Shown piece after piece: positions 10,090 through 20,103 of a stretch of 64,000 bases of DNA. The number at the start of each line of letters is the position of its first letter. Position 1 is the stretch's first letter. Source of the DNA: Alphaproteobacteria bacterium (GTDB lineage Bacteria > Pseudomonadota > Alphaproteobacteria > UBA828); assembly GCA_050173345.1 (NCBI GenBank), contig JBFXKW010000002.1, positions 79,938 through 143,937 of the forward strand, read 5' to 3'. The notes under the pieces are model-generated. The model saw only the letters and a list, made by a program, of their open reading frames with translations. It was not told where the DNA came from and searched no databases. A program made the translations under genes and the position numbers.

Positions 10090-11415
10090 TTAGCCGAGAA
10101 TCTTCTCCCAGCGCGACTGGGCCGAGTTCAGCGCTTCTTCCGCGCTCTTGTTGCCGGCAAGCGCATCGCCGAGCTCGTCGGTGAGCGCCTGCAGGAGCTC
10201 GGGCGATTGCGGCTTGGTCGGCCACGCGAAGGCGTTGTCGATCGACTGCTCGACGGCCTCGGCCTGCAACGGCGCGAACTCGCGATAGGCCGGCAGCGCC
10301 GAGCGCCGCGTCGGGTCGACGCCGGTCGTGTTGTCGGTGAGCGCGCGGACGTGGAACTCCTTGCTCGCCGCCATGCGCACGAACTCCCACGCGGCTTCCG
10401 GGTTCTTCGAGCCGGCCGAGACGCCGAAGCCGAAGCCGGCGTTGAGCGCGGGGCGATGCACCGTGTTGTCGCCGCCGACCGGCATGGCGACCACGCCCCA
10501 CTGGTCCACGATCTGGCTCTGGTTGGGGTCCTGCGCCCAGGTGCCGAGGTCGGTCCAGAACTCGATCAGCCCCGCCTTGCCGCCCAGGAAGACCGGGATC
10601 GCGTTGCCGAACTCGGTTTCGAGCGCGGTCGGCACCGCGTGCGGCGCGGCATCGAGGAGCGCCTGCACGGCGCCGATCGCGGCCGGCGTCGCGAGCGACG
10701 GCTTGCCGTCCGCGTCGAGGAACGAGCCGCCGAAGCCGCCGAGCCGGTTGGCGAAGGTCGAGCCGAGGATGATCGGGAACTGCTTGCCGAGGACCAGCGC
10801 GCCGTAGATGCCGTTGCCGCTCTCAGCCGCCGTGACCGTCTTCGCGACGTTGAGGTAGTCGTCCCAGGTCTTCGGCGCCGCGAGGCCGTTCCGCTCCAGG
10901 ATGGTGCGGTTGTAGAAGAGGACGTGCGTGTCGCCGTCATAGGGCAGGCCGTAGCGGCGGCCGTCCACCAGCGTATAGGTGTCGTAGAGCGAGCCGAGGA
11001 AGTCGCCGGGGTCGAGGTCCTTGTCGGCGTCGATCTTGTCGGTGATGTCTGCCAGCACCTTGTCGCGCACCAGCGCTTCCTTGTCGACGTACCAGTATTC
11101 GAAGACGTCGTGCTGGTTGGCGCCGGAGACGACGTCGAGGGTGGCCTGCGCGGTGATCTGGTCGTAGGGCACCTTGACCGCCTCGACGGTCGCGCCGGTC
11201 AGCTCGGCGAAGGCCGCGCTCAGCGGGTCGATCGAGCCGGCATGCGGGTTGATCACCATGAAGCTGAGCGTGATGCCCGAGAAGTCCGCCGCGGACAGCC
11301 GGCGCACGGTGGCGGCCGGCAGCAGCGCGACCGCGGCGGCGCCGAGCGCCGTGCCGCGCATGAAGCGGCGACGCGTGATGCCGCGTCCCGCGGGAAACTT
11401 GTGATCGTATGACAT
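10090..11415 (-). CDS. ABC transporter substrate-binding protein (sugar family) with a TAT signal
   Basis: 'RRRFMRGTALGAAAVALLPAA' twin-arginine leader. 441 aa with family-1 SBP-like composition. It is the first gene of the operon SBP-permease-permease-small subunit-GMC oxidoreductase-ATPase, all on the minus strand. Confidence 0.85.
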   Translation of the reverse strand: MSYDHKFPAGRGITRRRFMRGTALGAAAVALLPAATVRRLSAADFSGITLSFMVINPHAGSIDPLSAAFAELTGATVEAVKVPYDQITAQATLDVVSGANQHDVFEYWYVDKEALVRDKVLADITDKIDADKDLDPGDFLGSLYDTYTLVDGRRYGLPYDGDTHVLFYNRTILERNGLAAPKTWDDYLNVAKTVTAAESGNGIYGALVLGKQFPIILGSTFANRLGGFGGSFLDADGKPSLATPAAIGAVQALLDAAPHAVPTALETEFGNAIPVFLGGKAGLIEFWTDLGTWAQDPNQSQIVDQWGVVAMPVGGDNTVHRPALNAGFGFGVSAGSKNPEAAWEFVRMAASKEFHVRALTDNTTGVDPTRRSALPAYREFAPLQAEAVEQSIDNAFAWPTKPQSPELLQALTDELGDALAGNKSAEEALNSAQSRWEKILG

Positions 11416-11519
11416 TGCCGTGTTTCTCCCGTTAGCCGAAGGGGTGCTCTCGTGAGGCCACTAAGATCGTAACGAACGTGTGTTATATTGTAAATTACAT
11501 CCAATTTTCGATGATTAAA

Positions 11520-12542
11520 TCAGGTCCTGACCACCAGCTTGCCCAGGTTCTCGCTCCGGTAGAGCTGCGCCAGCGCCTCGGGCGCCTTGTCGAGGCCGTC
11601 GACGAACTCCTCGCGATGGTTGAGCCGGCCCTCCCTGATCCATTGGGAGAGCGCCTCGATGCCTTCGGCATAGCGCGACTGATAGTCGAAGATGAGCATG
11701 CCCTCGACGCGCGCCCGGTTGACCAGGATAGCGCGCTCGAAGCGCGGGCCGAGCGGCGGCGGGTCCCAGCTCGCGGTGGCCGCGGTGCCGCAGATCACGA
11801 TGCGCGCCTTCGGGTTGAGGCGGCGCAGCACGGCATCGAGGGTCGCGCCGCCGACATTGTCGAAATAGCCGTCGATCCCGTTGGGGCAGGCCTGCGCCAG
11901 GGCCGCGTCCATGTCTACGGCCGTCCGATAGGCGATCATGCCGTCATAGCCGAACGTCTCGCGGCACAGCTTCGCCTTCTCCTCGGTACTGGTGATGCCG
12001 ACCGTCTGGGCGCCGAGCAGCCTGGCGACCTGGCCCGCGACGCTGCCGACGCCGCCGGCCGCGGTCGAGACCACCACCGTCTCGCCCGCCTTCGGCCGCA
12101 GGATGTCGACCACGCCGAAATAGCCGCTGAGCCCGGTGTGACCGAGCACGCCGAGCGCCGTGCTCGGCGGCGCGACGTTCGGGTCGACGCGCCTGATCAC
12201 CTCGCGGCCATCGGAGACCGCGTGGCTCTGCCAGCCGAACATGCCGAGCAGCCACTCGCCGGCCGCATAGTCGGGATGCCGGCTCTCCACCACCTCGCCC
12301 ACGCCGAACGCGCGCATCACGGCGCCGATCGGCACCGGGCTCGAATAATTCTGCACGGCGCTGATCCAGCCCTTCTGCGCCGGATCGACCGAGACGAAGC
12401 GGTTGCGCAGCAGGAACGTGCCTTCCCCCGACCGCTCAACCGGCACGTCGGAAAGCTCGAAGCAATCCGGCGTCGGCAGCCCGTTGGGCCGGGCGCGCAG
12501 CAGCACGCGGCGGTTGATCTCGTTCGTCATCGGGTCAGCCAT
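11520..12542 (-). CDS. NADP-dependent oxidoreductase, medium-chain dehydrogenase/reductase family (YncB/PTGR-like)
   Basis: Start is the ATG at 12542 (MADPMTNEINRRVLL), preceded by AAGGAAG. There is a Rossmann 'STAAGGVGSVAGQVARLLGA' motif. Confidence 0.8.
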   Translation of the reverse strand: MADPMTNEINRRVLLRARPNGLPTPDCFELSDVPVERSGEGTFLLRNRFVSVDPAQKGWISAVQNYSSPVPIGAVMRAFGVGEVVESRHPDYAAGEWLLGMFGWQSHAVSDGREVIRRVDPNVAPPSTALGVLGHTGLSGYFGVVDILRPKAGETVVVSTAAGGVGSVAGQVARLLGAQTVGITSTEEKAKLCRETFGYDGMIAYRTAVDMDAALAQACPNGIDGYFDNVGGATLDAVLRRLNPKARIVICGTAATASWDPPPLGPRFERAILVNRARVEGMLIFDYQSRYAEGIEALSQWIREGRLNHREEFVDGLDKAPEALAQLYRSENLGKLVVRT

Positions 12543-12561
12543 TTCTTCCTTGTATTGCGAA

Positions 12562-13869
12562 TTATCCGAACGGCTCCCACGCACGCAGCTCCCTCACCGC
12601 CGCGGTCAGCGCGCCGATCGAGGCGTAGCCTTGGGGCGCGACGATGAGCTCGCTGGCGAGCCTGAGGCCGCGCGCCTCGCAGCGTGCCCGCCGCGCCGGA
12701 TCGGCGATCCATTCGAAGTCGATATTGTGCGCGAGCCCGACAATGCGGCGGATCATCTCGGTGCCAACAAAGCCGAGCGTGTCCTGGTACAGGCGATCCA
12801 TCCAGGCCTCGCGCTCCGCATCAAGCCGCCGCGCGCTGGCAGAGCTTTCGAACAGCACGACCGGATAGCCATCGCCGGCCGGCGCTTCACGCCACAGCGC
12901 GAGGAACCTCTCCCTGAACGCCGACCAGAAGGTCTCGACCTGTTCGATGATCCAGTCGCGATAGGCATCCCGTTCGCCTGGGCCGCGCTCATGGCCGTCC
13001 TGCGACAGGTAGCTGAGCAGGAGGTTCGCGATCAGGCTGCCGAGGTCGAAGCCCATCGGCCCGACGAAGGCGAACTCTGGGTCGATCACGCGGACGTCCG
13101 TCTCCGTCACCATGATCGAGCCGGTGTGCAAATCGCCGTGCAGGAGCGCCTGCGTCTCGCCCATGAACTTCAGCTTGAGCCGGGAGACCGCGATCTTGAG
13201 CTCGTCGTCCTCGCGCAGCGCAGCCGCGTAGGAATCGAGATAAGGCGCCGTCCAGCGGTTGTTCGGCGCCATCATGTAGGGCTCGGTGAAGAACAGGTCC
13301 TCGCTGATGCCGCACATCGCGGTGTTGCCGGCGAACGCGCCGATGAGCGCCTTCATCGCCTCGGCGCGCAGCGCGAAGACGCTGGTGAAATAGAGCGTGC
13401 GCGCGGCGAAACCGGCGAGCGCCTCGGCAAGCCCGGGATAGACCGTGCCCGCGATCATGCCGCGCCTGAGGATGATGTGGGGCTCGAGCAGGTCCATGAC
13501 GAAGAGCGCCTGCGACGCGTCATAGTGATGGATCGCGGGCACGAGGCCCGGCGCGTGGCGCGCCTGCTCGACCAGGGCAAGGTGTTCGTAATGGCTCCGT
13601 TCGAGCGAGAGCGGCCAGCTCTCGCCGACCATGCGCACATAGGGCAGCGACTGCTTGACCGCGACGCCGCCCGCCGGCCCGCGCACCTTGAAGACGAGGT
13701 TGAGGTTGCCGTCACCCACCTCGTCGACCTGCCAGGCCGAAGGCTCGCCGCCGATCAGCCGGGCGAGCCGCGGGATGGCCGCCAGGTAGCGGACCAGCGA
13801 GGCGCGGTCATGCGGGCGATACGAGGTGGCCCGCCCAAGAGGCGAAGTCATTCGATCTGTTCCCGACAT
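12562..13869 (-). CDS. mtnK: S-methyl-5-thioribose kinase
   Basis: 'VDEVGDGNLNLVFKV' nucleotide-binding motif and APH-like kinase core (HGDLHTGSIMV...IDPEFAFVGPMGFDLG), characteristic of MtnK. Length ~430 aa. Confidence 0.75.
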   Translation of the reverse strand: MSGTDRMTSPLGRATSYRPHDRASLVRYLAAIPRLARLIGGEPSAWQVDEVGDGNLNLVFKVRGPAGGVAVKQSLPYVRMVGESWPLSLERSHYEHLALVEQARHAPGLVPAIHHYDASQALFVMDLLEPHIILRRGMIAGTVYPGLAEALAGFAARTLYFTSVFALRAEAMKALIGAFAGNTAMCGISEDLFFTEPYMMAPNNRWTAPYLDSYAAALREDDELKIAVSRLKLKFMGETQALLHGDLHTGSIMVTETDVRVIDPEFAFVGPMGFDLGSLIANLLLSYLSQDGHERGPGERDAYRDWIIEQVETFWSAFRERFLALWREAPAGDGYPVVLFESSASARRLDAEREAWMDRLYQDTLGFVGTEMIRRIVGLAHNIDFEWIADPARRARCEARGLRLASELIVAPQGYASIGALTAAVRELRAWEPFG

Positions 13870-13996
13870 TGGGCCATGCCGACGGTCTGCCCCATCATCG
13901 GCGCTACCATGCGGAGGCTAAAGCAGCGATGCGGCGGCTGCCAAGCTCGGACCAAAGGCGAGTCCCTCTTGCTGCATCGCAGCACGGCGCGGCGAT

Positions 13997-14701
13997 TCAG
14001 ATCGCGAGATAGCGCCTCGCGGTCTCGGGCTCGGCGAGCTGCTCCGGCGTCAGCTCGGCGACCAAGGCGCCCTTGTCCATCACGACGCAGCGTTCGGCCG
14101 TCATGTAGACCAGGTCGAGGTTCTGCTCGACCAGCAGCACAGTCAGCCCGCGCGCCTCGTTCTGCTCGAGGATGACCTCGGCGATCTGCTGCACGATGCT
14201 GGGCTGGATGCCCTCGGACGGCTCGTCCAGCAGCAGGAAGTCGGGGCTGCCGATCAGCACGCGGCCGATCGCAAGCATCTGCTGCTCGCCGCCGGAGAGC
14301 GTGCCGGCCTGCTGGCGCGCGCGCTCCTTCAGCCTCGGGAACCAGGCGAAAACCTCCTCGTAGTGGGACGGCGCGCGACGGCCGCCACCTACGGCCTCGC
14401 CCATGCGCAGGTTTTCGATCACGCTGAGCCGCGGGAAGATGCCCCTGCCCTGCGGCACATAGCCCATGCCGAGCCGCGCCATGTCGCGCGCGTCGCGGCT
14501 GGTGACGTCCTCTCCCTTGTAGCGGATGCCGCCGCCGGTCACCCGCAAGAGCCCGGCGATGGTCTTGACCAGCGTCGTCTTGCCGACGCCGTTGCGTCCG
14601 ACCACGCCGAGCACCTCGCCCTGATTGAGCGCGAGCGAGACGTCCCGCACGATGGGCACGCCGCCATAGCCGGCGTTCAGCGTGTCAAGCTCGAGGAACA
14701 T
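13997..14701 (-). CDS. Amide/urea-type ABC transporter ATP-binding protein (LivF/UrtE/FmdF-like)
   Basis: Start is the ATG at 14701 (MFLELDTLNAGYGG). Walker A GRNGVGKTT, LSGGEQQMLAIGR, LLLDEPSEG. Upstream 70 codons of the track ORF are non-coding. Confidence 0.85.
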   Translation of the reverse strand: MFLELDTLNAGYGGVPIVRDVSLALNQGEVLGVVGRNGVGKTTLVKTIAGLLRVTGGGIRYKGEDVTSRDARDMARLGMGYVPQGRGIFPRLSVIENLRMGEAVGGGRRAPSHYEEVFAWFPRLKERARQQAGTLSGGEQQMLAIGRVLIGSPDFLLLDEPSEGIQPSIVQQIAEVILEQNEARGLTVLLVEQNLDLVYMTAERCVVMDKGALVAELTPEQLAEPETARRYLAI

Positions 14702-14726
14702 CTGGCGTGCCCCCGTCGCCGCCGCG

Positions 14727-15716
14727 TCACAACGCCGGCAGCAGGCGCGACTTCGGATATTCGGCGCCGACCACGTGCTGGAGCGTGACAGCACGCACCA
14801 TCTGGTAGGTACGGATGCGGAACGCCGGGTCGCACGACATGCGGATATACATGTCCTTCGGCGCGATCTTGTAGTCCTCCTGCAGCCATTCGAGCATGTT
14901 GGCGCAGGCATCGTAGACCGCGTGCTCCATCGGCAGGTTGATGCCGATGGCGACGATGCTGTCCGGCTTGATCACGCGCACGCAGGGCAGCCGCTTGTTC
15001 TTGATCACCGTGCAGCTGAGCTGCACCGAAGCGCGCGTCTCGTCGGCGATGCCGGTGAACTCGGTATCGCCCTGGCCGCCATGCGCGTCGCCGATGTAGA
15101 GCAGCCCGCCCTTGTTGTAGGAGTTCAGCAGGATCGTGTGGCCGGCGCGGATCTCCCGGCAATCGATGTTGCCGCCGAACGGCCCCTGGCCGAGCAGCGA
15201 GGTGAACACCTCGCGCTCGGGCGCGGTCGCCATGGTGCCGAGGAACGGCATGAGGTCCCAGCTCAGCTTGTCGGAATACTTGCCCTTGCCGTCGCGGGTA
15301 TGGCCGCTCGGGCCCGGCAGGTGCTCGATCACCTGGACGTGCGGCTTGGCGCAGTCGCCCCATTTGATCGAATCGCCGTACGGCCCGATGCCCGGCAGGA
15401 TGCCGGAGAAGCCGTAGCGCCACGGGTCGATATGATCGATGGTGACCGCGAGCACGTCGCCGGCCTCGCAGCCTTCGACATGGATCGGACCGACCACCGG
15501 GTTGTAGAGCGGCGGCCAGGCCTTCTGGAGCTTCTCAAGGTGTCCGTCGCCGCCGAAGGGATGGACCTTCGGCTTGTCGCTGTCGTCCTCGATGAGGCCG
15601 GAAAGCGCGTCGTCGGTCTCGACGACGAACGTCTCGCCCTGCTTGACGCGCAGGCACACCTCGTCCCGGTTGTCGAAGGCGTAGCGGGTCACCTGGCCGC
15701 GCTTGATCGTCTGCAT
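14727..15716 (-). CDS. fmdA: Formamidase/acetamidase (FmdA_AmdA family)
   Basis: 329 aa with the FmdA/AmdA family signature regions (…GPIHVEGCEAGDVLAV…, …GGNIDCREIRAGHTILL…). It is embedded between the two ATPase genes of an amide ABC transporter. Confidence 0.85.
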   Translation of the reverse strand: MQTIKRGQVTRYAFDNRDEVCLRVKQGETFVVETDDALSGLIEDDSDKPKVHPFGGDGHLEKLQKAWPPLYNPVVGPIHVEGCEAGDVLAVTIDHIDPWRYGFSGILPGIGPYGDSIKWGDCAKPHVQVIEHLPGPSGHTRDGKGKYSDKLSWDLMPFLGTMATAPEREVFTSLLGQGPFGGNIDCREIRAGHTILLNSYNKGGLLYIGDAHGGQGDTEFTGIADETRASVQLSCTVIKNKRLPCVRVIKPDSIVAIGINLPMEHAVYDACANMLEWLQEDYKIAPKDMYIRMSCDPAFRIRTYQMVRAVTLQHVVGAEYPKSRLLPAL

Positions 15717-15734
15717 GATTGCATTTCTCCCTTT

Positions 15735-16493
15735 CTATGTCGGTCGGTCCTTGCGGCGGCGCGGCCGTTCGAGCTTGGCCGCGCCGAGATAGATGCGGCG
15801 CACCTCCTCATGACTCTCGATCTCGGCGAGCGAGCCCTCGGCGAAGATGCGGCCGTAGTGCATCACCGTGATCGGCGCGCCGAGCTGGCGGACGAATGCC
15901 ATGTCGTGCTCGACGACGATGGCGGCGACCCCCTCATCGTTGACGGCCCGGATCAGGCGGACGGTCGCCTCGGTCTCCTCGGGGCCCATGCCGGCGGTCG
16001 GCTCGTCGAGCAGGAGCAGCTTCGGCTTCATGGCGAGCGCCATGCCGATGGCGAGCCATTGCTTCTGGCCGTGGGCGAGGCTGCCGGCGAGCTGGTGCTC
16101 GGTGCCCGCGAGGTTGAGGCGGGAGAGCATGCGCGCGATCTCGCCCTCGACCTCGCGCCGGCCGAAATGATGGCGCAGCGGCAGCAGCAGGTTGTGGCGC
16201 ACGGTGAGGTCCGAATAGACCGCGAGGTTCTGGAACTTGACGCCGATGCCGAGATGGGCGCGCTGGTGCGGCCCGAGGCGCGTCACCTCGCGCCCGGCGA
16301 AGCGGATCGCGCCGGCATCGGCCCGCACGCTGCCGAGCAGGAGCTTGAAGAGCGTGCTCTTGCCCGCGCCGTTCGGCCCGATGATGCAGCGGAGCGCGCC
16401 GGGTGCGATGCTGAGCGCGACGTCGCTCACCGCCTGGACGCCGCCGAACCGCTTGGAGACACCGCGCGCTTCGAGCAGAAGCTCAGCGGGCAT
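15735..16493 (-). CDS. Amide/urea-type ABC transporter ATP-binding protein (LivG/UrtD-like)
   Basis: Walker A GPNGAGKST, signature, Walker B LLLLDEPTAGM. 252 aa. Confidence 0.9.
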   Translation of the reverse strand: MPAELLLEARGVSKRFGGVQAVSDVALSIAPGALRCIIGPNGAGKSTLFKLLLGSVRADAGAIRFAGREVTRLGPHQRAHLGIGVKFQNLAVYSDLTVRHNLLLPLRHHFGRREVEGEIARMLSRLNLAGTEHQLAGSLAHGQKQWLAIGMALAMKPKLLLLDEPTAGMGPEETEATVRLIRAVNDEGVAAIVVEHDMAFVRQLGAPITVMHYGRIFAEGSLAEIESHEEVRRIYLGAAKLERPRRRKDRPT

Positions 16494-17604
16494 GGCTGCC
16501 TCCCTCCCCGCGCCCGATGCCGAGGCGGTCGAACAACCGGCCGATGCGCTCGCCGAGGCCGACCAGGACGCCCTCCGGCATCAGCAGCATGCCGCCCAAG
16601 AGGATGCCGCCGAGCACCACGAAGGCGATGTCGCCCTGGAGCGCGAGCTTCTGCGACAGCCAGACCAGGAACACGGTGCCGAGCACGGTCGCGGTCAGGC
16701 TCTTGCGCCCGGCCACCGCGACCCAGATGACCGGCAGGATGTTGTAGTAGACGCCGAACACGTTGGGCGTGATGAAGTTGCCCCACGACACATAAAGGAT
16801 GCCGGAGAGCGAGGCGAGCAGCGCCGAGAGGCAGAACACGGCGAGCTGCAGCAGGCGCACGTCGTAGCCGAGCGCCTCGGTGCGGTCCGGGTCCTCGCGG
16901 ATGGCGACCAGGACATGGCCGAGCCGCGAATTGACCAGCGCGCGTAAGCCCAGATAGCAGAGCACGCCGAGGCCGAGCGTCAGGTAGTAGAACGCCTGGG
17001 AGCGGCCGCCGAACTCGATCATGCCGCCTTCGCCGAAGCCGAGCGTGAGCGAGGGCGGCTCGCGGATCACGCCCGAGAAGCGGCCGAGCCCGTTATTGCC
17101 GCCGAGATGGGCGTTGCCGATGAACCAGCCCTGGCCTGCGGTCTGGTTGAGGAAGGTCTCGATTAGGAGCGTCACCACCAGCATCAGGATCGCGACATAG
17201 ACACCCTTGAGCCGCGCGTAGAACATGATCCAGCCGAGCAGCGCCGCGACCAGCACGGGAAAGCCGAGGCCGGCGAGCAGCGCGAGCCAGGTGTTGCCGT
17301 GCGCCTCGATCAGGTTGATGCCGACGATGCCGTAGGCATAGCCGCCAAGCCCGAGGAAGGCCGACTGGCCGAGGCTCAGGATGCCGGCGAAGCCCCAGAT
17401 CAGGCAGAGCCCGAGCGCGAGGAACACGTTGCTCAGAAAATTGCTGAAGTTGAGCAGCTCATAGCGCGACAGGAAGGCGGGCGCGACCGCCATCACGGCG
17501 ACGAGCACGGCGAACACCAGCCAGAACGGCAGCGACCTGCCGGTCTCGAGCGGGCCGTTGACCGGCCCGAGCAGGCGGTCGAGGAAGGCTTCGGTGCGCG
17601 CCAT
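16483..17604 (-). CDS. Branched-chain/amide ABC transporter permease (LivM/UrtC-like)
   Basis: 373 aa, polytopic membrane protein with the LivM-type conserved core. It overlaps the ATPase start by 11 nt. Confidence 0.85.
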   Translation of the reverse strand: MARTEAFLDRLLGPVNGPLETGRSLPFWLVFAVLVAVMAVAPAFLSRYELLNFSNFLSNVFLALGLCLIWGFAGILSLGQSAFLGLGGYAYGIVGINLIEAHGNTWLALLAGLGFPVLVAALLGWIMFYARLKGVYVAILMLVVTLLIETFLNQTAGQGWFIGNAHLGGNNGLGRFSGVIREPPSLTLGFGEGGMIEFGGRSQAFYYLTLGLGVLCYLGLRALVNSRLGHVLVAIREDPDRTEALGYDVRLLQLAVFCLSALLASLSGILYVSWGNFITPNVFGVYYNILPVIWVAVAGRKSLTATVLGTVFLVWLSQKLALQGDIAFVVLGGILLGGMLLMPEGVLVGLGERIGRLFDRLGIGRGEGGSHAR

Positions 17605-17610
17605 GCCGCG

Positions 17611-18501
17611 TCAGCCCCGCCGCGATTCGAGCCGGCGCCGCTCGATCCAATCCGAGATGCCGGACGGCATCAGCCGGATCAGCACGAAGGCGAAGACCAG
17701 CATCGCCACCTGGCCGAGCAGGATGTTGAACTGGTTGGTGAAGACCGTCTTGACCGCGCCGAGCGAGAGCACGCTGGCGAGCAGGCCGGAGACCAGCTCC
17801 GCGCCGCCGCCGACCACCACCGTGATGAAGGCCTGCGGCGTGTAGCTCTGGCCGTAGAACGGGCCGATCGTCGAGGTCAGCGCAAGCAGCCCGCCGGCGA
17901 GGCCGGCCAGCATGGTGCCGAGCCCGAAGGTCAGGGTGTAGATGCGCGCGACGTCGACGCCGAGCGCGCGCGCCATGCTCGGGTCCTGCATGGTGGCGCG
18001 TGCATGCAGGCCGAAGCGCGTGAACCTGAAGAGCGCCCAGACCGCGGCGATCAGCACGAGCCCCATCGCGAAGATGAAGAGGCGATAGTACGAGAACGAC
18101 AGCTCGCCCACGGCGAAGCTGCCGAACGGCGTCGGCACGCTCTTGATCAGCGGGCCAAGCACGAGAAAGGCGCCCTGGCTCAGGATCAGGCTGATGCCCC
18201 AGGTCGCGACCAGCGAAGCGAGCAGCGCGCCGTAGAAGCGCCGCACGACCAGGCGCTCCAGCACGATGCCGACGATGCCGGCGCCGATTCCGCCGAAGAT
18301 GACGGCGAGCGGCGTCGGTATGCCGGCATAGTGCGAGAACGAGGTGATGTAGGCGCCGATCATCATCATCTCGCCGTGCGCCATGTTGATGACGCCCATC
18401 ATGCCGAAGATGACGATGAGGCCGATCGCCGCGAGCACGAGGAGGGCGATCGTGTCCGCGTACTGATAGAGCAGGCTGACGATGAAGGTCAGCGTATCCA
18501 T
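17611..18501 (-). CDS. Branched-chain/amide ABC transporter permease (LivH/UrtB-like)
   Basis: 296 aa, eight hydrophobic segments. LivH-family motif 'MAHGEMMMIGAY'. Confidence 0.85.
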   Translation of the reverse strand: MDTLTFIVSLLYQYADTIALLVLAAIGLIVIFGMMGVINMAHGEMMMIGAYITSFSHYAGIPTPLAVIFGGIGAGIVGIVLERLVVRRFYGALLASLVATWGISLILSQGAFLVLGPLIKSVPTPFGSFAVGELSFSYYRLFIFAMGLVLIAAVWALFRFTRFGLHARATMQDPSMARALGVDVARIYTLTFGLGTMLAGLAGGLLALTSTIGPFYGQSYTPQAFITVVVGGGAELVSGLLASVLSLGAVKTVFTNQFNILLGQVAMLVFAFVLIRLMPSGISDWIERRRLESRRG

Positions 18502-18600
18502 TGGCGCCGAGGATAAGGCCGGAGCGCGTTGCGACCAAACAGTACGAGCGTGGGGCCGGGCACCTGCCCTGCCCCACGCCGCACCGTCATGACGCCGTGC

Positions 18601-19878
18601 CTACTCTTTCTTGTACTTCGCGAAGCGTGGATCGTCCCACGGCAGGAACTGCCGGGCCTCGTCCTTCGCGACCAGGTTGACGCCGATCGAGCGCAGCCAC
18701 CACGGCTCGATCCAGCCGAGATCCTCGACGATCTCGACCTCGTGGTTCTCGGTGATGCGCCCCATCCGCATGTGGATGGTCAGGTGGTGGGTCGCCGGGT
18801 CGAGGAACACGCGGCCCTCCGGCGCCTCGAAGAACAGGCCGGATTCGAGCGCCTTGATCGTCGCCTCCGTCTCGGTCGTGCCGGCGCGCTCCCAGGCGAG
18901 CGCCATCAGATGCACCGCGATGTAGGCCGCGCGGGTCATCTCGTTGATGTACGGCTCGTCGGGGCTGATCTCGCGCGCCAGCTTGTTGAAGCGCTCGGCG
19001 GCCTCGCCCGGCGTCTCCTCGAGATAGGCGAACGGGACGTACATGTCCTTGAGCGCCGGCGGCGGATAGCGCTTGTGCTCGTAGCCCTGCTGGATGTTGA
19101 CCGTGGACATCGCCGGGATGGTCGCGCCGGCCGCCGCGGCCTGCGGGTAGTAGTTATACTGCGCGCCGCCGACCAGGTAGAACACGCCGAAGTCCGGCTT
19201 CGCCTTCTGCACGTTGGCGATGGTCGAGGCGAAGTCGGCATTGCCGAGCGGGATGAACTCCTCGCCGACGATCTCGCCGCCATAGAGCCCGGCCGCGACG
19301 TGGGTCCACAGCGCGCTGACCTGGCCGAAGCCGTAATCGGCCGCCAGAATGTACATCTTCGGGCCGAATTTCTTGATCATGTATTCGACGCCGGTGAGGA
19401 TCTGCTGCTCCGGGATCGGCCCGGTGAAGAACGAGTAGTGGTCGGCGATGCCGCCCTCGCCCTGGTTGTTGTGCCAGTAGATCACCTTGTTCTTGACCGC
19501 GACGGCGCGGGCCGCCTCGCGCGCCGAGCTGGTGGCGCCGGCCATGACCACGTCCACCTCGTCGTCGAGGATGCACTTCTCGGTCAGTTCCTGGTGCCGC
19601 TTGACGTCCGACTGGCCGTCATAGAAGACCAGCTCGAGCTGCCGCCCGAGCACGCCGCCCTTGCCGTTGATCTCCTTGATCGCAGTCTGGTAGCCGAGCG
19701 TCTTCGGCTTGACGATCAAGGCGAAGTCGCCGGAATGGTCGTCGATCGCGCAAATCTTGATCGGCCCGTCGTCCGCGGCATGGGCCTGCCCCGTACCGGA
19801 GATGGCCAGGCCAGCGGCGATGGCGAGCGCAAAGCCCGCGCCGAGCCATCGCGTCATCGTATGGCGTCTGTTCTGCAT
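18601..19878 (-). CDS. Periplasmic amide/urea-binding protein (UrtA/FmdD-like, LivK superfamily)
   Basis: Signal peptide (MTRWLGAGFALAIAAGLAISGTGQAHA) and type-I periplasmic binding fold. It is the first gene of the SBP-LivH-LivM-LivG-formamidase-LivF operon. Confidence 0.8.
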   Translation of the reverse strand: MQNRRHTMTRWLGAGFALAIAAGLAISGTGQAHAADDGPIKICAIDDHSGDFALIVKPKTLGYQTAIKEINGKGGVLGRQLELVFYDGQSDVKRHQELTEKCILDDEVDVVMAGATSSAREAARAVAVKNKVIYWHNNQGEGGIADHYSFFTGPIPEQQILTGVEYMIKKFGPKMYILAADYGFGQVSALWTHVAAGLYGGEIVGEEFIPLGNADFASTIANVQKAKPDFGVFYLVGGAQYNYYPQAAAAGATIPAMSTVNIQQGYEHKRYPPPALKDMYVPFAYLEETPGEAAERFNKLAREISPDEPYINEMTRAAYIAVHLMALAWERAGTTETEATIKALESGLFFEAPEGRVFLDPATHHLTIHMRMGRITENHEVEIVEDLGWIEPWWLRSIGVNLVAKDEARQFLPWDDPRFAKYKKE

Positions 19879-20103
19879 GCTGTTCCCCCTAATCTAGGCG
19901 TCCACGGCCACGCCTCGCTGCCGCGCCGCTTCGTCGAAACCGCGCGCTCGAGGACGCTCAGGGCCATACCCACCCTTCGCCGCGGCCGTGATTTGTCACC
20001 CCGACCTGCGAAGTCTTGCGAAGCGGTATGGGACCAGCAAGTAACCCCTTAGGGTGACGCTGCCCTCTCCGCACCGGCTTCGATGCAGAAGCGTTCCGAA
20101 ATG

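Noticed and set aside
9139-11412. 757-aa plus-strand ORF spanning the permease and SBP genes
   Set aside because: Antisense GC-frame artefact (RDEG-rich repeats, no domains). It is fully overlapped by two credible minus-strand transporter genes.
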